Assembly (NCBI RefSeq): GCF_009914755.1
Contig: NC_060925.1
Reading direction: 5' to 3' (one strand)
Length of the DNA: 64,000 nt
Source of the DNA: the human T2T-CHM13v2.0 reference genome, Homo sapiens
Positions 47,702-62,954 of this stretch are shown here, piece after piece (within the stretch, counting starts at the first letter, position 1; each line of letters begins with the position of its first letter). The notes under the pieces are model-generated. The model was not told where the DNA came from. It was given only the letters and a program-made list of their open reading frames with translations, and ran no database searches. A program made the translations under genes and the position numbers.

Positions 47702-49089
47702 TGAGAGGTGACAGCGTGCTGGCAGTCCGCACAGCCCTCGCTCGCTCTCGGCGCCTCCTCTGCCTGGGCTCCCACTTTGGCGGCACTTGAGGGGCCCTTC
47801 AGCCCACCGCTGCTCTGTGGGAGCCCCTTTCTGGGCTGGCCAAGGCCGGAGCCGGCTCCCTCAGCTTACAGGGAGGTGTGGAGGGAGAGGCGCGAGCGGG
47901 AACCGGGGCTGCGCGCGGCGCTTGCGGGCCAGCTGGAGTTCCGGGTGGGCGTGGGCTTGGCGGCCCCGCACTCAGAGCAGCTGGCCGGCCCTGTCGGCCC
48001 CAGGCAATGAGGGCTTAGCACCCGGGCCGGCGGCTGCGGAGGATGTACTGGGTCCCCCAGCAGTGCCGGCCCACCGGCGCTGTGCTCTATTTCTCGCCGG
48101 GCCTTAGCTGCCTTCCCGCGGGGCAGGGCTCGGGACCTGCAGCCCGCCATGCCTCAGCCTTCCCCGACCTCCGTGGGCTCCTGTGCAGCCCAAGCCTCCC
48201 CGAGGAGCGCCGCCCCCTGCTCCACGGCGCCCAGTCCCATCACCACCCAAGGGCTGAGGAGTGCGGACGCACGCCGCGGGACTGGCAGGCAGCTCCACCT
48301 GCAGCCCCGGTGCGGGATCCACTGGGTGAAGCCAGCTGGGCTCCTGAGTCTGGTGAGGATGTGGGGAACCTTTGTGTCTAGCTCAAGGTTTGTAAATACA
48401 CCAGTCAGCACCCTGTGGCTAGCTCAGTGTGAATGCACCAATGGACGCTCTGTATCTAGCTACTCCGGTGGGGCCTTGGAGAACCTTTACGTCTAGCTCA
48501 GGGATTGTAAATACACCAATGGGCACTCCGTATCTAGCTCAAGGTTTGTAAACACACCAATCAGCACCCTGTGTTTAGCTCAGGGTTTGTGAGTGCACCA
48601 ATCGACACTGTATCTAGCTACTCTGGTGGGGCCTTGGAGAACCTTTGTGTCTAGCTCAGGGGTTGTAAACGCACCAATCAGTGCCCTGTCAAAACAGTCC
48701 ACTGGGCTCTACCAATCAGCAGGATGTGGGTGGGGCCAGATAGGAGAACAAAAGCAGGCTGCCCGAGCTAGCAGTGGCAACATGCTCAGGTCTCTTACCA
48801 CGCTGTGGAAGCTTTGTTCTTTCGCTCTTTGCAATGAATCCTGCTGCTGCTCACTCTTTGGGTCCACACTGCCTTTATGAGCTGTAACACTCACTGTGAA
48901 GGTCCGCAGCTTCCCTCCTGAGCCAGCGAGACCAGGAACCCACCAGAAGGAAGAAACTCAGAACACATCCCAACATCAGAAGGAACAAACTCCAGACGCG
49001 CCACCTTAAGAGCTGTAACACTCACCGCGAGGGTCTGCGGCTTCATTCTTCAAGTCAGTGAGACCAAGAACCCACCAATTCCGGACACA
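47702..49089 (+). mobile_element. LTR12C (ERV9/HERV9) solo LTR
   Basis: Starts TGAGAGGTGACAGCGTGCTGGCAG and ends CCAATTCCGGACACA. CpG-rich 5' U3 and tandem CCAAT/TATCTAGCT enhancer repeats. 4-bp TSD ccaa at 47698-47701 and 49090-49093. Confidence 0.95.
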
Positions 49090-49176
49090 CCAAGTCCTGA
49101 GTTCAGAATTTTGTTTTTGAGATGAACATAAAAGCACCTAAAGGTCAAGGAAGATGTTCTTCCTGTGATAAGGAAC

Positions 49177-49219
49177 ACAAAGCCTGTTTGGTGGTCTCTT
49201 CACACGGAAGCGCATGACA
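49177..49219 (+). mobile_element. 3'-terminal fragment of a HERV-H LTR7-family LTR carried inside the retrocopy
   Basis: acaaagcctgtttggtggtctcttcacacggaagcgcatgaca matches the recalled LTR7 U5 end and stops abruptly at the antisense splice-donor position. Confidence 0.8.
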
Positions 49220-49777
49220 GTTCGCTTTAGTGTAGATGACCACTCCCCTCTGTAAGGTAGGGAGGAAGAATGTTCGGTTAGTTCCTTTCCTCCGGCCGAT
49301 CTCTTTTTTTTCTTCTGGCACGGTCCAACAGACACTCCTGGCACTTGGCTTCCCGGGGGCTGCTCGCCCCCGGCCCAGAGGCCGGTTTCCAGCGGCAGGC
49401 CTTATTCCACCATCTTTGCAGCTTCCAATTCTTTTCATGTTAAGTTGTTTTTTGGAGAGATATATAAATTTATTTTGGTCAGTATTTGTCTTATATCTCT
49501 TTTTCCAAATTCTTTATGTTCCAATTTTTGGGGTAGTATTGTTTTAAGTGTCTCTTACATACTATATCTAGATATATCTTTACTCTGAGAATTTTTTAAG
49601 AGGCAGTTTAAAACCGTTACCTGTACTACAACTGCAAATATACTTGAATTTATTTCTTTTATATTATTTTGTGTTTGCAATTTAATATTATCTTTGTTTC
49701 TCTTCTTATATCCAATTGTGTAGGTGAAGTTTTCTTTGTTTCATTTCCCTCTGTTTGTTTAAAAAGTTGTATTTTCT

Positions 49778-52097
<2,320 letters not shown>

Positions 52098-52979
52098 GCC
52101 TTTATAAATATTATTGTAAAATGTCTTTAGCCTAGATGAAGCTGAAATTCTTTCCAGTGAATCTTCTGCTGTGGCTATTAAAGTTTACTATGAAAAAGAA
52201 GCAGAAAGACATGCTCCTGTGCCTGAACACTGAAGAGGATTGCAAAGGCCAAAGGCAGGAAGAAGTTCAGGGGATAGGATGGAGAATGAGCATAGCAAGT
52301 TGCTCCTGAACTTAGTCCTGTAATAAGTCTGCAGGGCAGAAGGTTCCAGGGCACATAAACTAGGATAGGAACTGCTATCCTAGTTTATATGGAGTGGAGT
52401 GATATAGTTTGTGTGGAATGATATGGTAACTAGGTATATGAATACATTCCTCATAGCAACATCATTCCACACAGGCAATTCAGACTCTGGCCTGAAGGCA
52501 ACAATTCTGAGTTTATTCTTTATTTCCTGAATTCAGTCTCCCTCAACCTGTGAATTGCAACCTCACCTACCAAATGTCTGCTACCACTTGAGTGGGACCA
52601 TCACCAGCCTGGATTTGAGAGCTCACCTGGCAATTTCTCCAGCCATTATATCATGGAATCAATAGGTTACAGGGTCTCCAAGACCTCCTATGCCAAATCA
52701 TTCAGTCTTTCTGTGGGGTTATGAGTACCCCTTCCCTGTGTAGTCCAGGAGACTGCTGGAAACTTGGTGTGTGTGTGGGTGCAGAGGGTGGCGAGAGAAG
52801 TTCCTATACTTGTAGGACAAAAATACTTTTGGAGCCAGACAAAAATAGCTTTGGACACCCTGGACTGGGAAAGATGGGATGATTCCATCCCTGCTACATT
52901 ATCACTCTCTGTCATCTACTCTCTTCTTCACCTCCAGCTCATAATGGCTAGGTTCCCATAGGATTTTCCATTCTACACA

Positions 52980-53351
52980 TGTCTTAGTCTGTTTTGTGTT
53001 GCTGTAACTGAATGCACGAGACTGGGTTATTTACAAAGAAAAGACATTTATTTCTCACAGTTTTGGAGGTTAGGAAGTCCAAGGTTGAGGGGTTGCATCT
53101 GATGGGGGCCTTCTTGCCGGTGGGGACTCTCTGCAGGGTCCTAAGGCAGCTCAGGGTGTCACATGGCAAGAGGACAAGAAAATGCCAAACTGGCTTTTAT
53201 AACAGACACACTCCTGTGATAACCCATTAGTCTACTAATCCGTGAATGGGTTATTCCTTTCAAGACAGAAGAGCAAATATAACCCAGCCACCTCTGAAAT
53301 ACCCCATCTTCAACATGAGTCTTGGAGGACGCAGACATTCACACCATAGCA
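52980..53351 (-). mobile_element. MST-type MaLR LTR
   Basis: tgtcttagtctgttttgtgttgctgtaac...tttatttctcacagttttggagg...cattcacaccatagca. Confidence 0.8.
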
Positions 53352-53895
53352 TGAGGCTGTAGATGTCTTCAAAACAACCTCTGCCTTTGTCTTCTAGAAG
53401 TGGAGTTTCCAGACTCTACTTGTTCAAGGATGCTGTGTCCTTGACTTAGCTCATTATCACCTTTTGGTCACCTTTTTCATCCTGGTGCTTTATGGACTCT
53501 AATTGATCGGTTTCCAACCCACCACCATATCTGACTGTGCTCTAGGTGTTTCCTGTGATCTCTGGGATCCTGATCCGCACCACTCAACTTTGGCCTCCTA
53601 AACTTCATCCTTGACCCCACCCCAGGTAGGAAGGATGTGTGGATATTTCTTTTATCTTTCTGCAACGATGACCTTTTGGAGAAAAAGAAAGGAAGCAGGT
53701 AAGATAAACATTGCTTTATCCATTATGTATCAAGCACTGTGCTTGATGATTTACATTATCTTCATCCTTTCAACCAATACTGGAGGAAGATGATATTAAT
53801 CTTTAAAATATATCAAACATGCTCAGCTTTATTTCCCAATAAATGTGAAATGATTAAGGTCCTATAATCTGATTAAGATATCAAGATTAATCAAA

Positions 53896-56800
53896 TTTTT
53901 TAAACAAAATTCGCATTTTATTTAGATTGATATAAATTATAGTTTATTTTCTTCACCAAAAAATAACTGCAATATTTTCCGTATTTTTCTAGATAAGCCA
54001 ATACACTTATATTTGTAGGTTTTCCGGGTTTTTCTTATAAATCAAGATGAGGCAATAGGTAAGAGTCATGAAAAAAGACAGAAAAAAAAGATAAATCAGT
54101 TGTCAGTATCCATAGCCTCTGATTCTGTCTTAACCGTGAAACAGAAGTGGTCAACATATACTTACTAAAAAAGCTTAGGAAAATGTAGGCTCCACAAAGG
54201 AATATAAACAGCAACAACTAGATGTGGAACGACAGCAGGCTCTTCCATTCAAACTTTAACTGTCATTTGTTCCTTTAAGTTCATTTGTGAAAGATAAAAA
54301 TCTACCCTGAAATCCTTGTTTGGCAAGCTCACAAGCGTCTCTTTCTCTGGTAATTTCTTGTAACTGTCCAATATAGATTTTTAACATACTTAAAACTCCT
54401 ATTAGTGAAAGGTCAATTGTGGGCTTCACTGTAACATTTTATAAAATGTATTCCTTCCTCTCATACCTCTTCAAAATATGTTTCTTCAAAGAATTGGTAA
54501 CTCAACACCCAAGGAGCAGAGATCCACAGTGATAATAAATGCGGTGTCTCAAATGACTTAAACAATTGCAGAGTGCCACCCACAGAGATCATGCGGAAGT
54601 GAAAGATGACACTTTCAATGTTCTGTTCTGGAAGAACAGACAGGTCTTCAAAGCATGCGGGTTCAAACGGGCCATTTAAACAGGTAGATTATCAATGGCT
54701 AATGTATTCAATGGAGGCCTACAGGCAAAGATATTAAGTGATTAAGGCCTACATACACCTTATGGCTTTCCTTCCAAATATCGAATATAAGAAAGACTAT
54801 TTTTAAAAGTCTCAGGTATTTTCCATGGTTTCTGAATTATCTGTGGGAAGCTCTGACTTACTGTTACAGAGTTTAATATATGTGTCCACCAATAAATCCA
54901 GGTCATGTTTTATATCAAAATTTATGTTAATCTAAGCCAAGTTACTTGACCTTTGGTCTGTCAAAGTGTTCCTCAAGTATGCTTTAAGATGCTTTCGTCC
55001 ATTTTCATACTGCTCATTCTCAACCTTCATCACAGGAGAAATACACAGGACCTTTGGCAATAGGTCATTTAGCATACACATTAGGAAAAAACTTGATGTC
55101 AGGCAGATGGAGGGCTTCATAAATGGTGGACAGAAGCTCTGTGTCTTTCCCCATTTCCATTTGATTCTCCAACAATGAAGCTCGGCTGAGAGCATGTCGG
55201 GATTGGGTAAGTCATTTCTATACATGTCAGCATGGTGTTCCTCCGATGTATTGAATTTGAGTTGTCCCATGACTGAGGGTACCAGAGATAAGCATTTACG
55301 AGCTTGGAGGTGCTGTTCTGCGATTATATCTTTAAGTTCCTGAATAATGTGCTCCACTGTTGGGACACTTAGGATTTCTTTATAGTAACTCTCAGAGGTT
55401 AGCTGAGATTCCAAGTTACGCTGGTAAGCTCTGCAATATTTCCCAGGGAGTTTCATTTGAATATCAAGTTTGGTTGCCAAATTTGTGGCTTCCTCAAATC
55501 AAAATTCCTGATAAACTTCAATATTCTCCGTCACTTCACTGAGTGAACGCAGTGCTGCAGTCAAGCTACTGGCTGCAAAGAAGACATCAAAGGTTTGCCC
55601 CTGGAGATTTTTCCCAAAGGCTCTGGTAAAAGATAGGACATTTTTAAGAACAACAATAGTAACAATGAAGTCAAAATCTGTTACTGCACTGCAGAGTACA
55701 AATGCTCAGCCAGCTACAGTTATTCCATCTAATATTTGTGTCACTATTTATATCATCTAAACATAAAACAAATGCTTGCAGAAGTTCCACTACAATTTCA
55801 AAAACATCATGCCTGCCTGTCCACTGAGAATGGCAGAGTTCCTTCAGTTCTTTGTCCCTTTCTTTACTGTTCTGAAAAAGAACAGAAATTACATTGTCAA
55901 ATTCTAAAAGCAGTTGTGGTGATTGATGGAAAAAAAGAACAAACTCCGTCAATTGTTCCTGATGCAACAGATACTCCCATAACAGGTACTGATTTTACCA
56001 ACCACATATTTAAGACGCAGGAAGAGCAGAGTGGGTAGATAGCTTGGGGATATTTCTCTAAAAGTCTAGAAGCAACAACTTTCATTTTGGAAGAAAATCC
56101 AGTAGACAAAATGTAAGCTTGGTCATGACAGTACTCCATATTTAATCCCCATTTCTCAGCTATCATAGTGTGAAATTTCACAGCCAAAACTTCTGCATCA
56201 GCTTCATAAGGCAGGAAGCCTACAAATTCCCCTCTTATGTTTTGAGACTCATCAACAAACCTCACCGAGACTCATCAACAAATCTCACCAACATAGGTAG
56301 GTGCCCTTCCCCTGCCATGTCCGCTACATCGTCAGTTATAATGGAAAAGAAGTGTGAGTCTCTCACTTCCCTGCATTCTTCCCGAATGCAGCTCTCACAG
56401 ATCTCTAGCATCTGCCTCTGCTGTGTTTTTAATAAAACAACATGTTAACTGCTGTTGTCTCAAACTGCTTTCTCAGGACCTCTTGACCAGAATTTATCCA
56501 GCACTCCAGCACGGCTTGCACGTTATCTGGAGTAAAGAGACCTTCTGGGATTTCATCAGCCTCCTGTCCATCCAGAGGTATGTTTTGCTTTCCCATCAGA
56601 ATCAAGATTTCAAACAGAGATTTTAGGTATCCTTTGTTTTCCTTCTTTTCAAGGGTTAGAGGTAAAATGTCCTCATCTGGCCCTTCACTCCCTTCTTTAC
56701 TGGGGTTCGGAGCATTGCTGTTGTTGGTTTCTTTATGTTTTTGTTCCTGTTCAGAAGTTTCATCAACAATTCTTTTATTCGTTTTCTGGGTCTACTAGGT

Positions 56801-57174
56801 GGGTTGTTCAAATGACCAGTAAGAGCAAATATTGTTGGTATTGCATTATCTCATAGAACTGTCCTATAAGGACTAGTTCTACAGACCCCAGATGTCTCAA
56901 AATGTTTGGCACCTCATTGATCATGTTTAGTTGATCATCCCTGGGGCTGGGGAGGGCAGCCAGGCCAGCCAGCGCGCAGGGCAGGGGCGGGCGGAGGAGA
57001 AGCCTGGAGGAGGCTGACGGGAAGCCTCGAGGAGGGGCACCCCGGTCCGAGGCTGGGCTGGGAACGCTGCTCCACAGCGCTGTGAGTGGCCGGGAGGACT
57101 TACCGCCACCACCGCTGCCTCTGGGGCATCTCCCACCCGCCCGGGATGCTGCCGCCTCCTTTCCACAATGCCTG
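53896..57174 (-). pseudogene. Processed pseudogene of THAP12 (PRKRIR/P52rIPK)
   Basis: Minus-strand ORF fragments (RFVDESQNIRGEFVGFLPYEADAEVLAVKFHT; FFHQSPQLLLEFDNVISVLFQNSKER; ATKLDIQMKLPGK...LKAYLRNTLTDQRSSNLA) match THAP12 with many frameshifts. It is intronless, with a GC-rich 5'UTR remnant at 56940-57174, the stop remnant at 54812-54814, and a 3'UTR with AATAAA at 53917-53922. Degenerate TSD ttaatcaaattttttaa (about 53887-53903) / ttgatcaattttttaa (57175-57190). Confidence 0.93.
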
Positions 57175-59203
57175 TTGATCAATTTTTTAATCAAGAAGTA
57201 TTCATGTCTACCCAGCCTCTAATGACTTTTTTGAAAATGAAGTTACAAACACAAAGCACATATCAGCTCCAAAAACTCCTCAAAATATCTAAGGGCATCT
57301 GCAAGTTTTTCTTCTAATCTGATTTTTAAATGGAAGCATCTTATGTTTGATACAAAATTTGATGTCTTTTAAAAAATGAGTTCTAGAGCACAACATTTTC
57401 AATAAAAAGTACAAATGTATGGTTGTACAATAAAATGTATAAGATACCTTTTTTGTGTGTGTGTAATACATGAATGTAGTTCCTCTCTATTCTTTATGCT
57501 CTTTAAATTCTTCATTATTATGCACTATTTCTTAAAATGGCCTAGGGAATGGATTGGTAGCTTTGGCTGTTTCCTGCTGACGTTTTAGAGGGCTACTAAA
57601 ATGTGCAAAGAGGTAGTTACAGACAACAGTAAAACAACTAAATATTCAATGTGCCCTTTCAAATGTGTATTTAAGGACACAGAATCTTCTGTGTGGAGAC
57701 AATCTGTGCATGCAGCTAGACTAAATGCGTGCTAGCAGCCAAGACTTGCCTCTCTCAGTAGACCAGAATTATTCATAAACCATCATGTAAAGAGAAGTGA
57801 GCAGTCAACCAGGAGAACCAAGGGCACAGCTGTGAGTCCTGAGTAGCAAGATCAAATCTCACACACTCATTACGAAGAGGGAGGGTTTGTGCCTTCATTT
57901 ATTTTTGGACACAGCTTAGCTAAGGTTGCTGGCCATATTTCTGTTATTTTGATTCAAGCAGAAAATCCTGTGCAGATCCACGGAACACATTATTGTAACA
58001 TCGCTCAGAGGAGAATTGGGCCAATGCAATTTAGAGGATGAAAATAGCTCTGCAACGTGGTGTAGAAACTCTGGTTTATTGGAGGATAACTTTTTTGATG
58101 GTCTCAAAGTTAAAAAAAAACTTAAAAACAATTTTATTAAATAGAAACTTGAGAGATTTTTATTCTATGCCTTATAGATCAAATGATTTTAGCATGGGGT
58201 GCGAGGCAGATGCCAAGGGCTTACTGGAGTGAACTGCAAGCAACTCCAAAACTTTTCTGTGCTTCTCCTGAAATACTCTTGCTTTGTATGTGAGTCGTGT
58301 CTAGGCCACATTAAATGGAGTCATTAGGCTTGAGTAACTTGAGTAACTTTTTAAATTAGGAATTCTTGACTTGGGGTTTCTCTTTTCTGCCGTCTTTTTC
58401 TACGATTGAAAATGGCAATAAGGACGAATTTTTCCATGATTTGGAATTACCAGGAAGGATGGACTTCTAAGGACTGATAGCTTGTGAAAGATAACCACTG
58501 AAATAACCAATCGTATTTGTGCAAGGCTCATTGTTTTAACGCCATATTCGTCTTATAGGATTATTGTTTTCCTTAAAAGAATGTTTCTACTAACTAGACT
58601 TTTAATCTAACTTCAGTGCTGTCTGTCCAAGACTGTCCTGAATTAAGTGATTTTAAGGGATAAAGTCTATCAATTTAATTTATTTGCATTTTATGGATTC
58701 TTCTTTTTTATTAAAAAAATGTTTATAGTTTAGATTATAGCTTATATACAAATTTCTCCTATGAAGTCTCTTCCGTTTTGTGACAGTTTGATTAAATAAC
58801 CAACAGACTCCACTGCTGATTTATCACCAATGATAATAAATTTTTTCAGAATTTAAATTTATCTACAGTAAGTAACAGGCATTAATAACTTGGTTTCTTT
58901 TTTAAATAACCAGAGTCTGCAATGCCTTGGTTTATGCAAAAGCAGACAGGTCAGGCCCATCTCCTGGCTGGGTAACCTTTTTTTGCCACTGATCCAGCCC
59001 TTAAAGTGAGTCAAGTTGTTTACTTGGGGGTCCATGGATGAGCTACAGAGATTAGTCTGTGAATATCCTAAAATTCAGTACAACTGTGAGTTTACGTAAA
59101 TTTTCACATAATTTTTATCAAAAGAAGTTTGTGGTATAATGGATAGGTGGGCACTATAGTGTACCCCGCAGTCAGACTGCCTAGATTTATATGATGATGG
59201 GCT

Positions 59204-59973
<770 letters not shown>

Positions 59974-60172
59974 TAATCCCAATCCACTACTTAGGTAGGT
60001 GACTTCAAACAAGTTACTTAACCTCTCTCTGCTTCAGTGTTCTCAAAATTGCAGAAACGATCTTATAGGACTGCTGTGATGGTTAAATGTGAGAATTTTG
60101 AGGGCACAGAAAACTCTTAATGAAGTGGCAGGTACTTAGTAAGCGTCACTAAATTTTACTAATTACATCACA

Positions 60173-60471
60173 CAGTCGGCCCTCCTCGTCCACAGGTTCC
60201 ATAGCTTTAGATTCAAGCAACCTTCCAACAATAAAAATAATAATGCAACAATTAAAATTGTATTAATTAAAAATACGGTATAACAACTAATAGCATTTAC
60301 ATTGTATCAGATATTACAATAATCTAGAGATGACTTAGTATGTGGGAGGATTTACGTAGGTTATATGCAAACACTACACCATTTTATATTAGTGACTTGA
60401 GCATCTGTGGATTTTGGTATCTGAGGAGGTCCAGGAACCAATTATTTCCCAGGGATGCCAAGAGGTGACTG
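60173..60471. mobile_element. Tigger3/GOLEM-type (TcMar) non-autonomous DNA transposon
   Basis: Terminal inverted ends cagtcggccctc...gaggtgactg(ta); internal tagcatttacattgtat...aatctagagatga...ttatatgcaaacactacaccattttata. Confidence 0.8.
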
Positions 60472-60904
60472 TATTCTCAAAATAATCTGTAACCTCCAAA
60501 AAGTTAAGAGACACTGAGCTATGATATTTTTAGAATTGTGTTTTAAAGAACAAATCAGTACCTGATTTAATAAGTCACACTCAAGCTTAATTCAAACAGA
60601 AATATTAATTTGCAAAATATACAGATGCATATTCATCATGAGGCAGAAAGGCCTTTTAAATAGCTTTGAAAATGTGGAACATCAATTTGTGTTGTTCTTC
60701 CATGGGAGAAAAAGGATTACTAAGTCTCAGGTAAGCCTCCAAAAAATATTTCCATCTGCCCCTGGCTTCCGTACTATCCAAGCTTGTCTTGAAACCTTGA
60801 AATAAATTTCAAGGTGACAACCTAAATTTAACTCTGCGGTAGTGGGTTGTGGATTTCTCAGCATTTTCCTTTTTAGTTAGCATGGAAGTCAAAAGTTACA
60901 AAAG

Positions 60905-61556
60905 CAATGAGATTCTGCATCTTTTAATGAAAGATAAAACAACAATATAAACATACACAAATTTACAGAGAAGGGATCAACTTTAATACATTTGGAGTAA
61001 AAGGTGTTTCTTCTTTAAATATGGTATAAAAATAAATGCGAGAAACATTAACGGAGAATGTACAGACAACAGACGAAGACATGAGTTTGTTTCTGACTGT
61101 GACACATTGGTGAAATGAAACTTTCTGTGCGGAATTTATTGTTTAATAAATGTGAAGCCACATGTATACTTATTGATATATACTTTTTTCTTTTACAGTT
61201 CTTCCAGTTTTTGACTGACTGAATTTTCAGTGAACTGTGTGTCTAACTGAAGCTTTGAGAGAGAGAGAGAGAGAAAGAAGGAAAAAAAGAAAAGGTTTTA
61301 CTTCACTTGAACTTGTTAAAAAGGAAGAGACACAGATCCAGCATAGTAGAAGGAGAAAGAAAGCAGACAACAGTTTGGAATGGAGGCATTGAGACGGAAG
61401 AGTCCATTGGAGATGGAATGTACACACAAAAATAACAATTTAGGTCCTTTGCTCATGCAACATCTTGTTCTAATGTCCTCTGCTCCAGGTCACAACATTG
61501 AGCTACAAAGTGTGTGCAGTGACTCCAGTCTGCATTCATGCTACAAGATGATCCGT
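60905..61556 (-). other. RGS7: RGS7 3'UTR with candidate poly(A) signals
   Basis: Largely repeat-free, U-rich sequence after the stop. Minus-strand AATAAA at 61135-61140 and ATTAAA at 60982-60987 and 60923-60928, with several UGUA motifs. The exact cleavage site is inferred. Confidence 0.7.
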
Positions 61557-61607
61557 TTAGTAAGACTGAGCAAGGCTTGTTAACCTCTTGGACGTGAGAG
61601 ATTTCCC
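61557..61607 (-). CDS. RGS7: RGS7 terminal coding exon (C-terminal GKSLTSKRLTSLAQSY-stop)
   Basis: Minus strand: polypyrimidine tract plus ...ttttctcag acceptor (AG at 61609-61608), then GGG AAA TCT CTC ACG TCC AAG AGG TTA ACA AGC CTT GCT CAG TCT TAC TAA. The peptide matches the RGS7 C-terminus as I recall it (paralogue RGS6 ends GKSLAGKRLTGLMQSS). Too short for the ORF track. Confidence 0.88.
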   Translation of the reverse strand, partial: GKSLTSKRLTSLAQSY

Positions 61608-62406
61608 CTGAGAAAATATATAAAACAAGAGAAAAGAAAGAAAATCAAGTACGATCACTGAAAACCTGCTTAGTAGTAGCAACTATTTACTGTAGCTGAT
61701 TTTTGTGCAAGGTCAACACTGAACCCTTTAAGTCCATCTTAGTTCAAACCTCATGACCAACCTGCCTTCCCCCCTCCCTCCCTCCACTGACACGTCAAAC
61801 AAAACTATCCTCCCTCCCTCCACCCTCCTACCCCTCCCAAATCCTTCCTCCCCACTGCAAACAGACTGATGGTTTCACAGCACAGATTAGCAAATCATAA
61901 AACATATCCATAAATGCTCCATCAAGGCTTAGCAATGAAGCAACACCTAGGTTCCCAACTGATTATAAACATGTTACAACAAATCTTAGTAAGCTGCTCT
62001 GAAAGATAATGTGAGTGCATTCTTGTTCAATGGCTGAAATTAATGTCACATTTATAAATATCTAGAAATGTAGAGGATACGATTTAATTAAATAAAATGC
62101 AGTTTTTGAGGGTGTGATTCATGAAACTCAAGATTGAGTCTGCTCCCTATCTTACATAATAATGGATAAAAAGGTGCCAATTATATATCTGAAGATAAAA
62201 GTCTACTTGTTCCCTGTTTCTAGCTGTTGATGTCTTCCTGTTCTTTCCTACCTGACTTCTTCCAACCCTAATACAAGAAAAAATCTGTTCTATTCTGATT
62301 CCACAAATCATATGATTACATAAAGCACATACTTATGTTTTAGAAATCTTGTAAGTCAACAGTGTTGCTGTTAATCACAAGTACTCTAGAGAGATAAGAA
62401 ATTTGA

Positions 62407-62687
<281 letters not shown>

Positions 62688-62954
62688 TAGAAATTTGAAA
62701 CGTTTGATCGGAATGCAAAACTGCTGGTTTTCATTTCATGTCTTATTTTATATGTTCTATTATAAAATTATGTGGGCCAGTTATTTAATGAATTTTTGTA
62801 CATCTCAGAAGATAAGTAAAAATTAAAAAATTGGAAACATATATTTTAGTAATAAATCACAGTCATAGCAATACTCTTGATTTGCTACCTAATGTGGCTC
62901 AGTTTTAGAAAGGGGTCAGCGGTGATGGGAGATACATCATCACTCATGGCCATT

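Noticed and set aside
47708-48496. Overlapping GC-rich ORFs and a CpG island resembling a gene 5' end
   Set aside because: Entirely within the LTR12C U3 region.
49145-49438. 97-aa ORF at the 5' end of the Cyrano copy
   Set aside because: Its ATG lies outside the insertion, in the flank/TSD, and it has no recognisable protein similarity.
54932-56265. hAT-transposase-like ORF fragments as a functional gene or DNA transposon
   Set aside because: These are frameshifted pieces of a THAP12 mRNA copy with UTRs, poly(A) signal and retroposition TSD; there are no terminal inverted repeats.
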